From contig JAXLNO010000260.1 in assembly GCA_038087875.1 (NCBI GenBank), positions 62,001-126,000 on the forward strand: a stretch of 64,000 bases of DNA, written 5' to 3'. The position numbers were made by a program, and so were the translations under genes. The number at the start of each line of letters is the position of its first letter. Position 1 is the stretch's first letter. The notes below the pieces were generated by a model, which was not told the origin of the DNA, ran no database searches, and saw only the letters and a list, made by a program, of their open reading frames with translations. Below are positions 60,498 to 64,000 of this stretch, one piece after another. The stretch comes from Malacoraja senta. Its lineage: Eukaryota.

Positions 60498-61197
60498 TGC
60501 CAAACAACTCATTGCATTGTCATTAAGGGCTAACAAATCATTTATTGCAAGTACATTGCAGTCACACAGTTCAGTTGATTCACAGCTTAGAATCACAGTT
60601 GTGGACTCTCCCTCGCGATCTTCCAGAGTGACTGACTCACGTCCAGGCATCCGGGGTGTATCGTCCTGCCCCCCCCCCCCCGTGAAGGGGTGCTCTCTTC
60701 ATCGTGGTGATTGACAGGCGAGAGGTCCATTCAGCTGATCTCAAGATTTTTTAAACAATCATAACTATTTTATTTTTCATCGATTGGAAAAATTCTCGGG
60801 GCTGCCTCAGCGGAGGACGACTGTGAGTAAAATGGATAAAAATCATACCGATATATGGTAGCATCTTTTCTAAAATCAATATAGAGTGCAGACAGGAAAT
60901 GGTCAAGACGAGACTTTTAATTATATAGATGTACTTGCTTGAACTCCATGAACTCATGAGTGGTCATTCCCCTACAACAATTTGACTGTGAGTGAAACAC
61001 AAAAATACTGCAAATCATGGAAATCTAGACAAAACCCAGTAAACCTTTTTCATAATGGACAATGGGGGAGGGGGTGGTGTCTGTTATTGCCGATTGTCAG
61101 CTATAACTGTGTGTAATACAAGGAATTTCATATATAGACACCTAGGCTGAGCAAGAACTGTACTGTTTTTCCTCTGTAACATTCAACCAAAGCCTTA

Positions 61198-61711
61198 AGG
61201 GCCTGTCCCACGAGCATGCGACTGCATGCGGCAAGCGCGCCGTAACGTGGTCCCTTGAGCCATACGGCCTCACGGGGCCGGTCCCACTTCGATCGCCGGA
61301 GCTGTATGGAGTTGTGCGGAGCTGGTCCCGACATCGCGCGGAGCTCCGAAAAACTGACAGTTCAAAATTTCCGCGCAGCAACGGCCTGCCGGCCCGCAGC
61401 CGCCTCAACGGCGTACGCACCGCCTCGACGGGCGTGCGCTGCATCTCGACGCCGTACGCAGCGTCTTGATGCCATACGCAGCGTCTTGACGCCGTACGTC
61501 ACGCACGAACTTCCCGCGGATTTCGCTCGAACTTCACGTCACTCACTCGACCTCCACGCGGCCCCCACTTCCGGTTTGATCGTGCTCACCGCATGCAGTC
61601 GCATGCTGGCGGGACCGGCCCCGTACGGGGATCACTCGACCTCCGCGCGGCCCCCGCTTCCGGTTTGGTCGAGCTTGCCGCATGCAGTCGCATGCTCGTG
61701 GGGCAGGCCTT
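61198..61711. mobile_element. GC-rich Harbinger-like MITE with TTA TSD
   Basis: AGGGCCTGTCCCACGAGCATGCGACTGCATGCGGCAAGC / GCTTGCCGCATGCAGTCGCATGCTCGTGGGGCAGGCCTT; TTA at 61195-61197 and 61712-61714. Confidence 0.88.
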
Positions 61712-61726
61712 TTACCTGCTCTGTGC

Positions 61727-61947
61727 AGGGAGGAACTGCAGATGCTGGTTTACATGGAAGATAGACACAAAATGCTTGAGTAACTCAGCGGGACAGGCAG
61801 CATCGCTGGAGAGAAGGAATGGATGACCTTTCGGGTTGAGACCCTTCTTCAGACTGACAGGCTGATGAAGGGTCTCGACCCAAAATGACACCATTCCTTC
61901 TCTCCAGAGATGCTGCCTGTCCCGCTGAGTTACTCAAGTATCTTGTG
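61727..61947. mobile_element. Palindromic Penelope-like repeat with hammerhead-like cores on both strands
   Basis: + strand CTGATGAAGGGTCTCGACCCAAAATGAC from 61862; - strand CTGAAGAAGGGTCTCAACCCGAAAGGTC ending near 61824. Confidence 0.82.
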
Positions 61948-63265
61948 CAGCTCCAAGGTCTCAATGCAGCTATACAGGTGGTGCCTGGAGGAGTTTTAGG
62001 AACTAAGGAGTAAACTGAAAAAGGGGGCCAGGAGATAGCTCTGGCGAGTAGCATTAAGGACAATCCGAATTTTTTTTATAAATGCATACGCGTCAGCATA
62101 CGCGGCCAAGGGAGCAGCAGTCTGGCACGGTGATGACATTCAATAGGCTCGTCTGCTATAAACAAAATCCATTATAAAGAGGTCCGTAAAAATTAGGGTT
62201 TATCTTGTTCATCAAGCTAGGTACATCTGTGGGAAGAGAGACAGCGTTAATGTTTCAGTTTGAAGACTCTTCATCAGAATGTCTTGGACAGGACTGTAGA
62301 ATCCATTGTGTGGTTCTCTCAAACAGGCAGAATAGCAGATTGGCCTAAATGCACTGCAGTGTTGTGTGATACTGAGATCACTGTTTCCGTATAAGTAGGA
62401 GAGGGCTTACTAATTGTACTGAAAATTGCAAGGCACCTAGCCCTTCCACCTGGTTTGGCATCTGAGTAATAATTTGATGCTAATTCAGAAAATAAAGTGA
62501 ATGTTCTCGTTCGTTTTAAACCTGCATGAGTGGCACTATGTAAATATAATATTGTGTTTTAACTGAAATTACCAGCAATGTAATGGCTGAATAACTGCTG
62601 TGCTGATTCTGCATTTCTATTTTCCCTTTTGCCTCAATCTACAAGAAATGAAACATAAAGCATGCATTGTTCCCAAAGGCAATTACTTAGACATATAAAT
62701 AAAACGGCATTATTGAAATGTAAACAATTTTTGGTACACTTGCCAACTCTGTGACTTGCAAAGTGATCATCAGGCATCTGAAAACGAATTCCATCAACAC
62801 TTGAAGAGGGGCAGCCCTGTTCCACCGTGTTGTATTTAGCAACTTTACTGCACAGTCAGGGAGGGAAAATAACTGCAGTCTGATTTCTTTTCTATCCAAC
62901 CAGGAAATTTGAAAACTAAAAATAAATAAAGATGACAAATGATTTCAAAAGTACGATTTCTTTGGGATTCAGCCCATACCTCTAAAAATTGTTGGGGCCC
63001 ACTTTATATCAGTTCAACTTGTGTGAAAGGAAATGTTTGAGTTGCTTAAGTTATGTCTTTCCTTGGGATATGGAGTTTAGTAATGCCAAAATATCCAGGT
63101 AACAAGCTGGGTGTGAAGGTCATAGTATTTCTGAATGGAAATCAGCAGGTATAATTAAGCTGTTTATGGTTTAGATCAACTTTAAAACTTCCTGGGAATG
63201 TAGAAAGGCTCAAACAAATTGATGTGGCAGTGGTGTTCAAGTTCAGGCAGATAGAAAATGTTTCA

Positions 63266-63363
63266 GCAAAAAACAGAATTCTGGAGGAACTGAGTGGGTC
63301 AGGCAGCATCTGTGGAGGGGATGGACAGAGAATGTTTAGGGATGGGATCCTTCTTCAGACTGA
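63266..63363 (-). mobile_element. Penelope-like repeat, single arm (old)
   Basis: CTGGAGGAACTGAGTGGGTCAGGCAGCATCTG...CCTTCTTCAGACTG. Confidence 0.65.
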
Positions 63364-63679
63364 CTTTGCTTAAGGATGTGCCACTGGGTGCAAATCCAGA
63401 GACATAGTGGAGAGAAGTTAGCCCAGGCTAACGAAATGTGAATCCAAATCCATTCATTAGGTGATAAACAACTAAAATTAACAGAGGATCATGCTATTTT
63501 CTCCAGGACCCACTTATGGGGCAATCCAAGGGAATATGTTGAAAAGAATAGAAATAACTATCATAAACAGAAAGTCAGCAGAAAACTCAGAGGGTCAAAA
63601 AGGGAACTTAATAAAAACAAAGGACGAGGGGTAAAATGCAAGACTGTATGTTCTTCCAATAGTATACATATATAGTGAG

Positions 63680-64000
63680 TTACGTAAGGAAGCTTGGCTG
63701 ACGAGGGAAATTGAGGCATTTGTCAAAAACAAGAAGGATGCATGGGACAGGTGGGATCAAGTGCATCCCTGGAGGAGTTTTAGGAACTAAGGAGTAAACT
63801 GAAAAAGGGGGCCAGGAGATAGCTCTGGCGAGTAGCATTAAGGACAATCCGAATTTTTTTACTAAATGCATAAGGGGGAAAAGGCTAACTAGAGAGAGAG
63901 TGGGACCACTCAGGAATCAAGGCAGTCACCTCTGTGTGGAGCCACAGGAGATGGGCAAGGTTCTCAATGAGTATTTATCCTCTGTATATACCGAGGAGAA
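63680..64000 (+). mobile_element. CR1 ORF2 internal fragment running off the window
   Basis: WLTREIEAFVKNKK...LASSIKDNP...GPLRNQG...LNEYLSSVYTEE linker between endonuclease and RT. Confidence 0.8.

Larger units (their letters stand above)
59606..60929 (-). mobile_element. Non-autonomous Helitron, second copy
   Basis: Minus strand starts A|TCTATATAATTAAAAGTCTC (60929) and ends CTAG|T (59606); ~430 bp at the 5' end and ~75 bp at the 3' end are homologous to 11659-13300; 3' hairpin partly deleted. Confidence 0.85.

Noticed and set aside
59807..60533. Repetitive ORFs (WQLSHSGLVG)n and a CRISPR-like periodicity
   Set aside because: Head-to-tail 30- and 41-bp minisatellites with no unique spacers, no cas genes, and a eukaryotic Helitron context.

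Overview
Eukaryotic, repeat-dominated DNA with one 200-N scaffold gap (23901-24100). The repeat complement (HE1-type SINEs, CR1 LINEs with (ATGTTTCT)n/(ATTGTCT)n tails, Rex1/Babar, fish-type L1) suggests a cartilaginous fish, probably a skate or ray (inference). No host protein-coding exon can be firmly supported, so the window looks intronic or intergenic. It contains: a decayed Gypsy LTR element (tRNA-Trp PBS) split by a full-length CR1; two L1 copies, one with an 881-codon open RT frame and one flanked by a 206-bp duplication and interrupted by a Rex1 with an open 593-aa RT frame; two non-autonomous Helitrons with shared ends but different internal satellites; several PIF/Harbinger-type MITEs with TTA/TAA target sites; a possible DIRS-like relic; and many CR1/SINE fragments. 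The most notable signal is about a dozen 95-270 bp monomeric or palindromic insertions, five with clear 10-16 bp target-site duplications, carrying a minimal hammerhead ribozyme core (CUGAnGA-stem II-GAAAC-GUH). They look like a Penelope-like, ribozyme-bearing non-autonomous retroelement family whose boundaries are tied to the ribozyme. All calls were made by eye; boundaries of old repeats are approximate.
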